Source of the DNA: Nemertoderma westbladi
Taxonomy: Eukaryota; Animalia; Xenacoelomorpha
Reading direction: 5' to 3'
Assembly (NCBI GenBank): GCA_032718475.1
Contig: JAUCBJ010005747.1
Span: 1 to 51,482 of the forward strand
DNA length: 51,482 bases
Shown here: in pieces, positions 13,655 to 25,539 of the stretch
Position numbering within the stretch: the stretch's first letter is position 1
Layout: the number at the start of each line of letters is the position of its first letter
Made by a program: the position numbers and the translations under genes
Notes under the pieces: generated by a model
The model's input: only the letters and a program-made list of their open reading frames with translations
The model's database searches: none
Told to the model about the DNA's origin: nothing

Positions 13655-14628
13655 CCCTATAAGCATTTGACGTCTATTTTACACCTTAACAGGTATGTGG
13701 ACGTCATTTTACGTCAATTATGTTTGTTGCAAGAACTCATCGTTTTGATGGTTGACGTAATTACGTAAAATTACGTCTTGACCACGTCTTGTTGACACGT
13801 TCCTGTATGAGACTTATACATGGTGGATATAATTACCTAAAATGACGTGTTGAACACGTCTTGATGGCACGTATCTGTGTGATACTTTTCATGGTGGAAA
13901 TAATTACCTAAAATTACGTCTTGAACACGTGTCTTAATGACACATCTACTTACCACTTACAGACTTACCTACTGACTGACTACAGTACGAGTACAGTATA
14001 TTTATATTAGTAGTACCGGCAGACCGGTGCGGTACTACAGTACTACATACTAGACTCAGGCTACTGCTGGAGCTGGAGTACAGCTGTACAGGCTGACAGG
14101 TGACAGGATTGTCATTTCACGTTTGAACCACCTGGCTGCTGACCTGCCTGGCCTAACATATCCTGCAGTCCTGTTTGGTGGCCTCCTGGCTGCCTGGCCT
14201 CCAACCTGCAACCTCTGGACTCTTAAATTTCTTCTTACCAGTAACCTTATGTAGTACAGTTGTGCAGTGGCAGTAGTAGGCCTACACCTACAGTGCTGCA
14301 GTATCCCTATTGAAAAGTTTTACCTGTACGCCGACAGCAGGCAGGCTGAACACGTTCGGAAGTTCGGCACAGCTTTTCAACTTGCAGACTCTAAACACCC
14401 AAATCACACAAAATGGGTCTGTTGATATGCATATGTTTAAGGCTGTAAGGCTGACAATTATGTAAAACTTTGTTGTTTTCCTATTTCAAAACCATGTGGT
14501 TCTGTCTCCCAGTGTGTTGTGCTGCCACTACTACATTCTGAAACATAGGTCCTACATTGCGAGTAGTACAGGCGAGGATATCATAAATTGGCCTACCATA
14601 AATAATATGCAAACAATCTAGGCCTATC

Positions 14629-15521
14629 CAGGGCTGGCAAAAACCATAGGTTTTTCAGAAAAATTTTTAGGTTTTAGGTTTTTGCAAGGTTTTTGTAGGT
14701 TTTTGGAAGGTTTTTGCCGGTTTTTGAAGGTTTTCGCTAGGTTTTTGTAGTATTTCGCTAGGTTTTTGTAGTATTTCTGTATTTGTATATTGATTGATTA
14801 GATTGACCTGGTTGGTAAATGATTAGATAAATTATATGGGGCCACATTTGGTCAACTGGTCAAGATTATATTTTATAGATACACTATGATACAAAATTGT
14901 TTGAAAGAATGAGTCCGTCAGGTTTCATTGTCATATTAGTTCAGACAGTCCCATCAGCCCATACTGCCATAAAAGCATAACGCAAACCATAACCCGATAA
15001 CCACCTGACTGCCTGTGACCACCAGCAGACCAGAGCCAGAGCTACAGAGACCAAGCAGCCAAGACCACCCACTGACGCTGACCCAGCCACCTGGAGCCTG
15101 GACCACTGCTGCACTGTACGTACGTGTACAGTACAGTTATCAGCAGCAACGTACATACTACATACGTCTGTACGTCAGGATGGAGGTCTGTAGTCTAGTC
15201 AGGTAGTTGAGTTACCGGTCAGCCGGTACCTGTCAGCCTGTGTACCGGACCATCTGACTGCTAACTTGCATCAGCTAACTTGCTCGCTGATCAGTCAGCT
15301 TGTCAGTAGTGACAAGACAACTGGACTGGACTGGAACTCATCAGCTGACAATGCAAGTTGACTTGTTCAGTTGTTTTGAGTGTACAAATGAAATTAAAAG
15401 GCAAATTAAAGATGAAAAATCAAAAACCTAAAAACCTAGTTTTAGGCTTTTTTCAAATTTTAGGTTTTTGACAAAAACCTACAAAAACCTAGGTTTACAA
15501 AAACCTACTTTGCCAGCCCTG
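14629..15521. mobile_element. hAT-type MITE, 893 bp
   Basis: TIR CAGGGCTGGCAAA / TTTGCCAGCCCTG. Perfect 8-bp TSD GGCCTATC (14621-14628, 15522-15529). AGGTTTTT/AAAAACCT subterminal repeats. Confidence 0.95.
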
Positions 15522-15572
15522 GGCCTATCTATCTAGGCACATGATTTATTGTGTGGTCAATTATTATATAAA

Positions 15573-15792
15573 ATGGACAATAACCTTAAACGTTATGTTG
15601 TTATTGAATTTAATTTGGGAAAGCGTGTTGAAGTTGAATGGGCTTTAAGTTCATGGATCATTTCGTACGATAAAAGAAGTCAATCAGTCTTAACATATTG
15701 GCCCCGGAATGTTGAATCAATGCGAAAAGAATTTGGTAATGTAGAGATGTCAAGTTGGGCGAAACACCGAGGAACTGTTTTGGCTTTTACAA
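15573..15792 (+). CDS. Transposon-borne gene exon 1 (DUF4806-family-like accessory protein, N-terminus)
   Basis: MDNNLKRYVVIEFNLGKRVEVEWALSSW...TYWP...W..HRGTVLAFT, donor A|GTTAGT, phase 1. The VVxF..VE...W...YWP pattern recalls N-termini of DUF4806-type proteins. Confidence 0.7.
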
Positions 15793-16016
15793 GTTAGTTC
15801 AATTTTGAAATATTTCCTTTATTGTTATCTGATCCAGTATATCATATATCTCCTTATGTAGGTCTTTTTCTTTGTTCTCTCAGCTTCGTTGATTTTTCAG
15901 AGAATTGATCACAAAAAAAGGGTATTATTTAATTTATTAATTTGTGGTTTCATTTAAAGGCATCTTGATAGATTTATCTAGTTATTATATATTTATTATA
16001 TTGTTTTCCCTGACAG

Positions 16017-16222
16017 AGAATGTTGAGAAGGCTGAAAGACTTGCTGGTGAAGCAGTAATGAGAAACGAAATATACTGCTCCGAAAGTGGTAGTGGTAGAG
16101 CACCACCAACAGACGATGAGCTGGGCGATAGACACAGGGGGTTGAGAAGAAAAAAGGTTATTGATTACAGGCAACTCGATACTGGTAATGCTAGTGATGG
16201 AGACGATTTGGAAAGTGATAAT
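16017..16222 (+). CDS. Transposon-borne gene exon 2
   Basis: Acceptor TTTTCCCTGACAG, donor AAT|GTAAGT. In frame with exon 1: KNVEKAERLA...GLRRKK...DDLESDN (basic NLS-like and acidic tracts). Confidence 0.72.
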
Positions 16223-16273
16223 GTAAGTAAAATGAGTGAGTAACGTTGATGCTAATTAATACATGTTTATATT

Positions 16274-16390
16274 TTAGGGGTCAGCCATAAATGACGTCCG
16301 AGGTCAGAGGGGGGCGAGGGGGTCTTCGAAATCCGGACATCTTCGGACAGGAGTTGGATGGGGTTGGCTAAATTAGGATGTCCGATTTTC
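16274..16390. mobile_element. Single end of a PIF/Harbinger-like MITE
   Basis: TTA-GGGGTCAGCCATAAATGACGTC followed by G tracts resembles Harbinger-type termini. No partner TIR found. Confidence 0.4.
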
Positions 16391-16826
16391 ACTTTTCTTT
16401 ATTTAGATTAATATAAATTTATCACTACTGTAATAAACGGGTTACCTAATTGGTTGAGGGCAGACCTTCTTCATTATTTTTAAATATTTTGAGTTTATAG
16501 GTAGAATACAGTCCATATGTCTAACACAATTGTTCTTTACGTTCATCTAATAATGTACCGTCATCATAATGTTCCCACTTCCCACACTATACTGTAGTAT
16601 TCACACATTTTTCGTTCGTATATTTGCTATTTAGGACATCTTAGTGTCGGGCATCAAGCCTTCTTCAAAATTCCATTCGATACAGCGGCCACATCCTACC
16701 CCATCACCGCTCGACGTTGGTTATTTTAGAGATTGCGACAATATTTCTGTAAGTCATTATTTTCAAAATGTCACCGAGACTGTCTGATGTGTGTGTCTGT
16801 ATATACAATAATATTTACTTAATAAA

Positions 16827-17261
16827 ATGACTTTTCTTAAAATGACTCATGCAATATCAGGTCTCCGTCAAATAAGGGGACAACTGACAAAGCAGTGCAA
16901 ATTATATTTATACAAAACACTAGTATTACCACACCATAACTATTGCTGCGAAATTTTAATATCACTCCATAATATTCATGGTTTCAAAGAACAACTATAT
17001 TCTCTAGAAAAAATACAAAATTATGGTCTGCGGGTAGTATTTTTAAATAGACAGAACTCACCAGTCATAAATTCAAGAACGCACAAAATTAAAACACCGC
17101 TATCGAAAAATAACAAAGGATATAATAGCATAATTTTAAGCATGATAAGACTATGGAACTCCCTAGATGATAATTTTCGTAGTATCACAAAATATAGCAC
17201 ATTTGAAAATACAATCAAAAAACACTATTACTCCCTATATGAACGAGAAGCAATTATTTAG
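16827..17261 (+). mobile_element. 5'-truncated, internally deleted LINE (CR1/L2-like ORF2 C-terminus)
   Basis: LYKTLVLPHHNYC...LEKIQNYGLR...IRLWNSL...F..IKKH match post-RT motifs of CR1/L2-clade ORF2. Confidence 0.8.
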
Positions 17262-17672
17262 ATAAAAATAGATTAATGTAAAATACATCAGTTAAAAGTC
17301 AGTTATACAATTATAAAATTTATTTATTTATTAAATTATCTTTAGGGGCGTAGTAACTGGGTAATGTAGGGTCTGGTGCTTCAAAAGTACTGTGGTTGCC
17401 GACGCTTAATCTCAGCCAATCATAAGCTACGGTGGGCCATTCCCTCCAGGCTTCCACAATTGTTTTCTCAATTGTTGAGTTTTGAGATTAAAAGATAGAA
17501 TAATAATAATAATAATACTTTTATATATATATTGAATTGCCCGTGGGAAAATTTAGACAGTATAAAAATAGATTCAGTTTCGGACCTGGACCTGGTTCGA
17601 TTCCTCGATTCCGTACATCTCATCAGTTATTAGTTTGTATAAAAATCACCTTTTTGTTTATTTTTGTTTTAG

Positions 17673-18476
17673 GAAGATCGTATACTAGAGGCAGTACAGG
17701 TTCTAGATGCTTGGGATAGGGATAATATGCAGATGCAGACAATTAACCAGGAACAGTTGAGGACATTAACTACTGATCCCGGATTCCAGTTATCGGTTAA
17801 TCCAGGAACTGTCGGGGCGCTTAATCCTGGTTGTAACTCGGGGTCGCTTACTCCAGGAACTGTCGGGGCGCTTAATCCTGGTTGTAACTCGGGGTCGCTT
17901 ACTCCAGGAACTGTTGGGGTGTTTAATCCTGGTTGTAACTCGGGGTCGCTTACTCCAGGAACTGTCGGGGCGCTTAATCCTGGTTGTAACTCGGGGTCGC
18001 TTACTCCAGGAACTGTCGGGGCGCTTAATCCTGGTTGTAACTCGGGGTCGCTTACTCCAGGAACTGTCGGGGCGCTTAATCCTGGTTGTAACTCGGGGTC
18101 GCTTACTCCAGGAACTGTCGGGGCGCTTAATCCTGGTTGTAACTCGGGGTCGCTTACACCACGAACTATCGGTCCGCTTAATCCCGGTTGTAACTCGGGG
18201 TCTCTTACTCCTCCAGGAACTGGAGATGTGAATGAGGGCGCACGTACGGAGGCCCGTCGAAAGCCGTATGAAATATTAATGGATAAACTAAATACCATAA
18301 TTGAGACACAGAAGTTTCACAGTAAACTGCTTAGTAACATCATAAATCCGGCAGCAGTCATGCTCCCTGATAATAATATTAATGAATATATACATCTACC
18401 AGTTGCCACTGTTGCTGAACTCGAGGAATTGAACAAGGAACTAATCAATGATTCTTCTGAGTGGGTAGGAAGGTAA
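17673..18476 (+). CDS. Transposon-borne gene exon 3, with a 17-aa tandem repeat; 3' end uncertain
   Basis: Acceptor TTTTGTTTTAG at 17672, phase 0, in frame with ORF 17727-18476. Coiled-coil-like LMDKLNTIIETQK, then LPVATVAELEELNKEL. Joined exons total 1230 nt (409 aa) if read to TAA at 18476. Confidence 0.68.
   Translation, partial: EDRILEAVQVLDAWDRDNMQMQTINQEQLRTLTTDPGFQLSVNPGTVGALNPGCNSGSLTPGTVGALNPGCNSGSLTPGTVGVFNPGCNSGSLTPGTVGALNPGCNSGSLTPGTVGALNPGCNSGSLTPGTVGALNPGCNSGSLTPGTVGALNPGCNSGSLTPRTIGPLNPGCNSGSLTPPGTGDVNEGARTEARRKPYEILMDKLNTIIETQKFHSKLLSNIINPAAVMLPDNNINEYIHLPVATVAELEELNKELINDSSEWVGR
17775..18222 (+). repeat. 51-bp coding minisatellite (TPGTVGALNPGCNSGSL) ~8 copies
   Basis: Near-identical direct repeats; unit length is divisible by 3. 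Confidence 0.95.
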
Positions 18477-19470
18477 TATGGTGGGTGTGAGTGTGGTATG
18501 AAGGTAATATGGTGGGTGTGAGTGGGTAGTGAAGGTAATATGGTGGGTGTGAGTGTGGTAGTGAAGGTAATATGGTGGGTGTGAGTGGGTAGGAAGGTAA
18601 TATGGTGGGTGTGAGTGGGTAGGAAGGTAATATGGTGGGTGTGAGTGGGTGGGTAGGAAGGTAATATGGTGGGTGTGAGTGGGTAGGAAGGTAATATGGT
18701 GGGTGTGAGTGGGTAGGAAGGTAATATGGTGGGTGTGAGTGGGTAGGAAGGTAATATGGTGGGTGTGAGTGGGTAGGAAGGTAATATGGTGGGTGTGAGT
18801 GGGTAGGAAGGTAATATGGTGGGTGTGAGTGGGTAGGAAGGTAATATGGTGGGTGTGAGTGGGTAGGAAGGTAATATGGTGGGTGTGAGTGGGTAGGAAG
18901 GTAATATGGTGGGTGTGAGTGGGTAGGAAGGTAATATGGTGGGTGTGAGTGGGTAGGAAGGTAATATGGTGGGTGTGAGTGGGTAGGAAGGTAATATGGT
19001 GGGTGTGAGTGGGTAGGAAGGTAATATGGTGGGTGTGAGTGGGTAGGAAGGTAATATGGTGGGTGTGAGTGGGTAGGAAGGTAATATGGTGGGTGTGAGT
19101 GGGTAGGAAGGTAATATGGTGGGTGTGAGTGGGTAGGAAGGTAATATGGTGGGTGTGAGTGGGTAGGAAGGTAATATGGTGGGTGTGAGTGGGTAGGAAG
19201 GTAATATGGTGGGTGTGAGTGGGTAGGAAGGTAATATGGTGGGTGTGAGTGGGTAGGAAGGTAATATGGTGGGTGTGAGTGGGTAGGAAGGTAATATGGT
19301 GGGTGTGAGTGGGTAGGAAGGTAATATGGTGGGTGTGAGTGGGTAGGAAGGTAATATGGTGGGTGTGAGTGGGTAGGAAGGTAATATGGTGGGTGTGAGT
19401 GGGTAGGAAGGTAATATGGTGGGTGTGAGTGGGTAGGAAGGTAATATGGTGGGTGTGAGTGGGTAGGAAG
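18459..19470. repeat. 30-bp G-rich minisatellite (GTAATATGGTGGGTGTGAGTGGGTAGGAAG), ~33 copies
   Basis: Identical copies from 18661 to 19470. No C on the + strand. Confidence 0.97.
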
Positions 19471-20272
19471 TAACTCATGTCATATGTCATATTGTAATGT
19501 CATATACTATTTTACACAACTATTGCTCCCATTAATGCTCATTCATTAAAAATATTCATTTTAACATAACATTTTTTGACATTTATGTGGTCATTAAACT
19601 GTTTTCAGTTTATCTACCCAAAAAAAAATTTTATATAAGTAAAAATAATCCGAGCAGGAAAGGGATAAGATAAATACAGTTTTATATTTTTACTGAATTT
19701 TTTACTGTATTTTTACTTGATTCTCTTGATTTTACATTTCCTCTCCATCTTGTAATTTTTATATTCATTTCCAAATCAAACTTGTGCTAAATATATCAGT
19801 GCTATTTTAATTTGTGTTTATTAGTTGATAATTAACAATTTATTCGGATATTAAATTTATCGTACATTGGTTACATTATATAATAATGTTTTTTCTTTAT
19901 TATAGTATCAACAAACACCGTCAAGAAAGTAAAATCAATTTCAATCATAACTGTCACGGATCTAAGCGATGTAAAAAGCGACGCGTACGTGCTTGTGTGG
20001 TGTAGTTATTTGGCGTCTGTTATTGGTACGTGTCTAGCACGTCATTTGACGTGCTTGTGTGGTGTTCCAGTGTAGTATTTGACGTCTGATGACGTAATTG
20101 ACACGTGTCTAGCAAGTCATTTGACGTAAACTGTAGCACGTCATGGTTTGTCGTGCTCAAACACGTGTTTGACACTTCCAAAATACACGTAGCCAGGACG
20201 TCATTTTCAACACGTTGACGTCAAATAATTACGTCGTATCCACGTGTTTTAGACGTGTTGATGCTTATAGGG

Positions 20273-22218
20273 GGGGTTAGTTGGCCAAGTGGTTCAAATA
20301 CAGGGTTAGTTGGCCAAGAGGCTCAAATAACGGGTTAAGTAGTCCAAGTGGCTCAAATACTGGTTTAGTAGGCCTAGTGGCTCAAATACTGGGTTAGTTG
20401 GCCAAGTGGCTCAAATACTGGGTTAGTTGGCCAAGTGGCTCAAATACTGGATTAGTTGGCCAAGTGGCTCAAATACTGAGTTAGTTGGCCAAGTGGCTTA
20501 AATACTGGGATAGTTGGCCAAGTGGCTCAAATACTGGTTTAGTTGGCCAAGTGGCTCAAATACAGGGTTAGTTGGCCAAGTGGCTCAAATAATGGGTTAA
20601 GTAGGCCAATTGGCTCAAATAATGGGTTAAGTAGTCCACGTGGCTCAAATACTGGGTTAGTAGGCCTAGTGGCTCAAATACTGGGTTTGTTGGCCAAGTG
20701 GCTCAAATACTGGGTTAGTTGGCCAAGTGGCTCAAATACTGGGTTAGTTGGGCAAGTGGCTCTAATACTGGGTTAGTTGGCAAAGTGGCTCAAATACTGG
20801 GTTAGTTGGCCAAGTGGCTCAACTACTGGGTTAGTTGGCCAAGTGGCTCAAATAATGGGTTAAGTAGGCCAAGTGGCTCAAATAATGGGTTAAGTAGTCC
20901 AAGTGGCTCAAATACTGGGTTAATAGGCCTTGTGGCTCAAATACTGGGTTAGTTGGCCAAGTGGCTCAAATACGGGGTTAGTTGGCCAAGTGACTCAAAT
21001 ACTGGGTTAGTTGGCCAAGTGGCTCAAATAATGGGTTAAGTAGACCATGTGGCTCACATACTGGGTTAGTATGCCTAGTGGCGCAAATACTGGGTAAGTT
21101 GGCCAAGTGGCTCAAATACTGGGTTAGTTGGCCAAGTGGCTCAAATACTGGGTTAGTTGGCCAAGTGGCTCAAATACTGGGTTAGTTGGCCAAGTGGCTC
21201 AAATACTGGGATAGTTGGCCAAGTGGCTCAAATACTGGGTTAGTTGGCCAAGTGGCTCAAATACTGGGTTAGTTGTCCAAGTGGCTCAAATAATGGGTTA
21301 AGTAGTCCAAGTGGTTCAAATACTGGGTTAGTAGGCCTAGTGGCTCAAATACTGGGTTAGTTGGCCAAGTGGCTCAAATACTGGGTTAGTTGGCCAAGTG
21401 GCTCAAATACTGGGTTAGTTGGCCAAGTGGCTCAAATAATACTGGGTTAGTTGGCAAGTGGCTAAAATACTGGGTTAGTTGGCCAAATGGCTCAAATAAT
21501 GGGTTAAGTAGGCCAAGTGGCTCAAATAATGGGTTAAGTAGTCCAAGTGGCTCAAATACTGGGTTAGTAGGCCTAGTGGCTCAAATAATGGGTTAAGTAT
21601 GCCAAGTAGCTCAAATAGTGGGTTAGTATGCCTAGTGGATCAAATAATGGGTTAAGTAGGCCAATGAGTGGCTCAAATAATGGGTTAAGTAGGCCAAGTG
21701 GCTCAAATAATGGGTTAAGTAGTCCAAGTGGCTCAAATACTAGATTAGTTGGCCTAGTGGATCAAATACTGGGTTAGTAGGCCAAGTGGCTCAAATACTG
21801 GGTTAGTTGGCCAAGTGGTTCAAATACTGGGTTAGTTGGCCAAGTGGCTTAAATACTGGGTTAGTTGGCCTAGTGGCTCAAATACAGGGTTAGTAGGCCT
21901 AGTGGCTCAAATAATGGGTTAAGTAGGCCAATAAGTGGCTCAAATAATGGGTTAAGTAGGCCAAGTGGCTCAAATAATGGGTTAAGTAATCCAAGTGGGT
22001 CAAATACTGGGTTAGTAGGCCTAGTGGCTCAAATACTGGGTTAGTAGGCTTAATGGCTCAAATACTGGGTTAGCAGGCCTAGTGGCTCAAATAATGGGTT
22101 AAGTAGTCCAAGTGGCTTAAATACTGGATTAGTAGGCTCAATGGCTCAAATACTGGGTTAGTAGGCTAAATGGCTCAAATACTGGGTTAGTAGGCTTAAT
22201 GGCTCAAATACTGGGTTA
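20273..22218. repeat. 29/30-bp minisatellite, right part (~66 copies)
   Basis: Same unit as 13290-13654; resumes in register immediately after the right TIR. Confidence 0.95.
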
Positions 22219-22348
22219 TTTCCCACGATACGTAAATTCCATGAAATTCCTCTCATTGTCAAACTTAACTCAGTTAGTTTTAACTTGGGCGTTTAAACTT
22301 TTCAACCAAGTAAATTAATATTCTTTGGTTGAAAATTGTACCTGTAAC

Positions 22349-22469
22349 CATAGGCGTACGCGGAGGGTGGGGGGGGGGGGGGGGGTATGGAAATATGCGT
22401 TATTGTAACAGCCCCCCCCCCCCCCCCCCCCCCTAACGTTGACGACTCCCGTACGCCTATAGGCCTATA
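22349..22469. mobile_element. Tiny hAT-like MITE with internal poly-G and poly-C tracts
   Basis: CATAGGCGTACG ... CGTACGCCTAT inverted ends. Candidate 8-bp TSD CCTGTAAC (22341) / CATGTAAC (22470). Confidence 0.65.
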
Positions 22470-23189
22470 CATGTAACATAATTACTACATAATGTACACT
22501 AAGTAACGATAAATAAGTATGACGTAGTAGGTATTTAATTAGTACCAGTAGTGATTCAGAAAACACCTTTATTAATATCTTTCAATTTTTCTCCATTTTG
22601 TATTCAATATATCCGACTGTTTGCTACTCACAGGAAGTTAGGTAGTACTGTAATTCAGCACAACCTAATTTAATTAAATTGTCTCTATACCCCTCTCTTC
22701 CCTTCCTCTCAAACTCCTCATCTCAACAGTTCAGTAAATCATTTATTGCTTTAATCCGCTACAGTTACATTTTATAAGTGAGGAGAGTAGAACACAGAGA
22801 TAGGGAAGCGCGGTCATGAAAGTGTAATGCCAGCTGTTGTTAGAGTAAGCCACAGTAGAGCCAAGGAGCCAGCAATAGTCATAGAAGATATTGATTGTTT
22901 TAAGTGTTGCAACAGTTCAGTAGAGAATGTTTCCCAACAGGCAATATATGGCGAAATATAAGACCTATACCGATTGGCTTCGTATGGCGCCATATTGGAT
23001 TAACACAACAATCTAAGGTCCCATATGTGTAACTACTTATGTAGCCTAATTTGACTGATAAACAAGTTCTAACACTGCTGAGGTAGACCGCTGGATGTGG
23101 TAATTGGTATGATTCCTTTAGACTAAATAACAAAAAAAACTCGAAACAAAATCCATGCCAAAAGGAAGCAAGTCCGTGCACCATTAAAT

Positions 23190-23260
23190 GATTACATAGT
23201 AACCATTCAGTGTATCCATAGTAACTATTCAGTGTATCCATAGTAACCATTCTGTGTATC
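23190..23260. repeat. 22-bp tandem x3 with X-box-like core GTATCCATAGTAAC
   Basis: Copies at 23212 and 23234, degenerate copy at 23190. Confidence 0.8.
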
Positions 23261-25539
23261 ACCCAAAACAAAATAAGGTAAGTTGCATCACGAGATAAGA
23301 TAGAAGTGATCCCCAATGCAAATTGATCGCAAGTGAAATAAAGTTCTGTAGAAAAGGTAAAGTTCTTACCAGTGCCGGACGGATTAAGCCTCTGGTGGCC
23401 CTAAGGCACATTTTAGTAATTCCCAAAAATTGCCCGAAAATTGATATTTTTCCGCAAACCCTTTCAAAAGAAAAAGCTGCTAAAAAAAACTGAAATTTGA
23501 AAATGTTGCGAAGGAAATAAAAAGTATTTTCGCTGGATGACTGCGTACAAATAAGTACTAAGTACTTTAACAAAAAGTACTTTGCATAAATAGTTTTCAT
23601 CAAGAATTGTAACACTACTCTAAGCGGCATATTATGCCTATAAAACATTTGCTATAAAAAGTGTAATGGTTTTGATAAAATTTCTCAAACTTTAATTTTT
23701 AATATATTAATGGGACCATTACTGCATTTGCATTCCAATCTATTTGTTTTATTTATAAAGCTACCTTAATACAATTATCTGTGATCTTTTATATACTATG
23801 AAAACTGAGTATAGATAGCTTCATATACCGTTTGTTCGAAAAATATGGCACTTTTTGAGCAGGTCGGTTTTTTTCAAAAATTCTATAAATTTTGAGGCAT
23901 TTATATGTAAACTAGCTCATGTTTAAGGATGTGTAATACCACCTGCATTGAAGTTCTTGGTAAAAGTATCTTCTATGAACATTTCTGCACAAAATTATTG
24001 TTTTTGAAAAATTTATATGGGGGTTTTGTATGTTCGGGCTATATTTTGGGAATCAAGTATTTTGTGATAGACAAAGTGTAGCAGTTACAAAATTTGTTCT
24101 AGAAGATCCAAATGGCCAAGTTTTAGAAAACCAACGAGAGTAGACCATGTTTTTTTGTTTCCCTGCCATTAGGTCTCGAGCTAATAACACAGCACCTGTC
24201 GGTCGATTGAGCTAGAATTTTTTACTTTCTATCACAAATTTAGGGATAGAAAGAAGTCGAAAATGCACTTTCTTGCTCTGTTTTCTACAAATTTAGTGAG
24301 AAAAAATGTGGACTTTTCATAAGAAAACTTTTATAATCATTTATTACATGCGTGATGCGTCAAATTTCAGCAATATCAGATTAATGGACAGGCTGAATGG
24401 TTGAATAGCCGTGACCTCAAATTAATTAGTAATTCTGAGACAATAACGTACTGCGGCCTATGTAGGACTACTGCAAAAGCACGATAGCTTGATCTACCGT
24501 GCAACCGATGTTGAGCTTACTGAGGTATTGACTGATGAGAGGAAACGTTTGCGATAAGATTAAATCAACCTCTGACTCTCCCCAACAGGAAACCGTTAGC
24601 CACTTTACTTAGTAACTTTTATCGAGGGCGTTACTTGGCACGCTCGAACGGTGGCTCAGGAAGCTGCAGCTCCAAGAGGGGCGGTTATTTCGACTTAATA
24701 ATAGTCCTGATAGGCCGTCGTGTTGTCAAAGATAAGAATCGCATGTAAGTCCTGCAGAGAATTCAACTACACGTCATTTTTGATAATATGAATCTCTCTA
24801 ATATTGCATTGCTACATAAGATAGAATTCTAACGAGCTGCACATTTCGAGTTACTTTTAATCGTTTGATGCCACAGTAACTTCTCGTGCGACGAAGAACA
24901 CCACATATCTCAGCTGAACCAACAAGGAGCGAATGCCATTGGGCAAAGTATGTCAGAAGCATAAATATATAATGAAAAACCATAGAATGGGGCCCTCCTA
25001 ACTGGGCGATGCTTTGTTATACAACTATCTGTCAGGCAGTCATATAGAATTAGTGTTAGGGTTTCAAGGTGGTCAATAATACTTGCTAGCTTCGAGTAGA
25101 AAAGGCAGGCCGAGTGAGGCTTTGCTTGACAATGGAGGCCTCGGCAGGTGTGGCTCTGAGCCATCGATCATCTCCTCACTCAGTTAGTATTGAAGCTCCG
25201 AAGATTTGCATTCCTAGCTGGCTCATGACATTACTATTTCATAAATCAACTCGAGAAACTTTGCTTGCTTCTTACATCTCCATCTCAGCAACTTGCACGA
25301 GATTCGGGCAGGTTAAACCTAATCGGCGTGGTAAGTGGTAACTTTATACGCGGCATTCAATTGTACTTCGATAGGCGATAGAATCAAGATAAATTCGGAT
25401 TAAATTATGAATGATAATAAATGGTGATTCGTAGTGAATATGTGTCATATACTTGGCGTCTAACATGGTGAGCAATTGCAGATTTATTTTGTTGGTTCTG
25501 GGAGAATGCTTACTTTTAAAGTTTTTTGTTTTTTTTGCC

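Larger units (their letters stand above)
13655..20272. mobile_element. 6.6-kb non-autonomous CMC/EnSpm-type DNA transposon
   Basis: 12-bp perfect TIR CCCTATAAGCAT (13655) / ATGCTTATAGGG (ends 20272). GG 2-bp TSD: removing the element and one GG restores the array variant AAATACGGGGTTAG. Dense ACGT/ACACGT subterminal motifs at 13655-13945 and 19975-20272. Confidence 0.88.

Noticed and set aside
17669-18298. Antisense 209-aa and alternative-frame 105-aa ORFs
   Set aside because: Shadows of the 51-bp repeat; only the 17673/17727 frame joins spliced upstream exons.
18441-19490. 349-aa (FLPTHTHHIT)n ORF
   Set aside because: The minus strand of the array has no G, so only TAA could stop it; unit length is divisible by 3. 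Repeat artefact.
23370-23420. hAT-like left end CAGTGCCGGA...GCCCTAAGGCA
   Set aside because: No matching right TIR or TSD found.
24530-24550. Hammerhead ribozyme core (CTGATGA...GAAA)
   Set aside because: No room for stem II between the motifs and no supporting flanking helices.
24400-25345. Possible decayed non-LTR retrotransposon coding fragment on the minus strand (LPRRLG, WLRATP)
   Set aside because: Only short motif-like matches, interrupted by stops.
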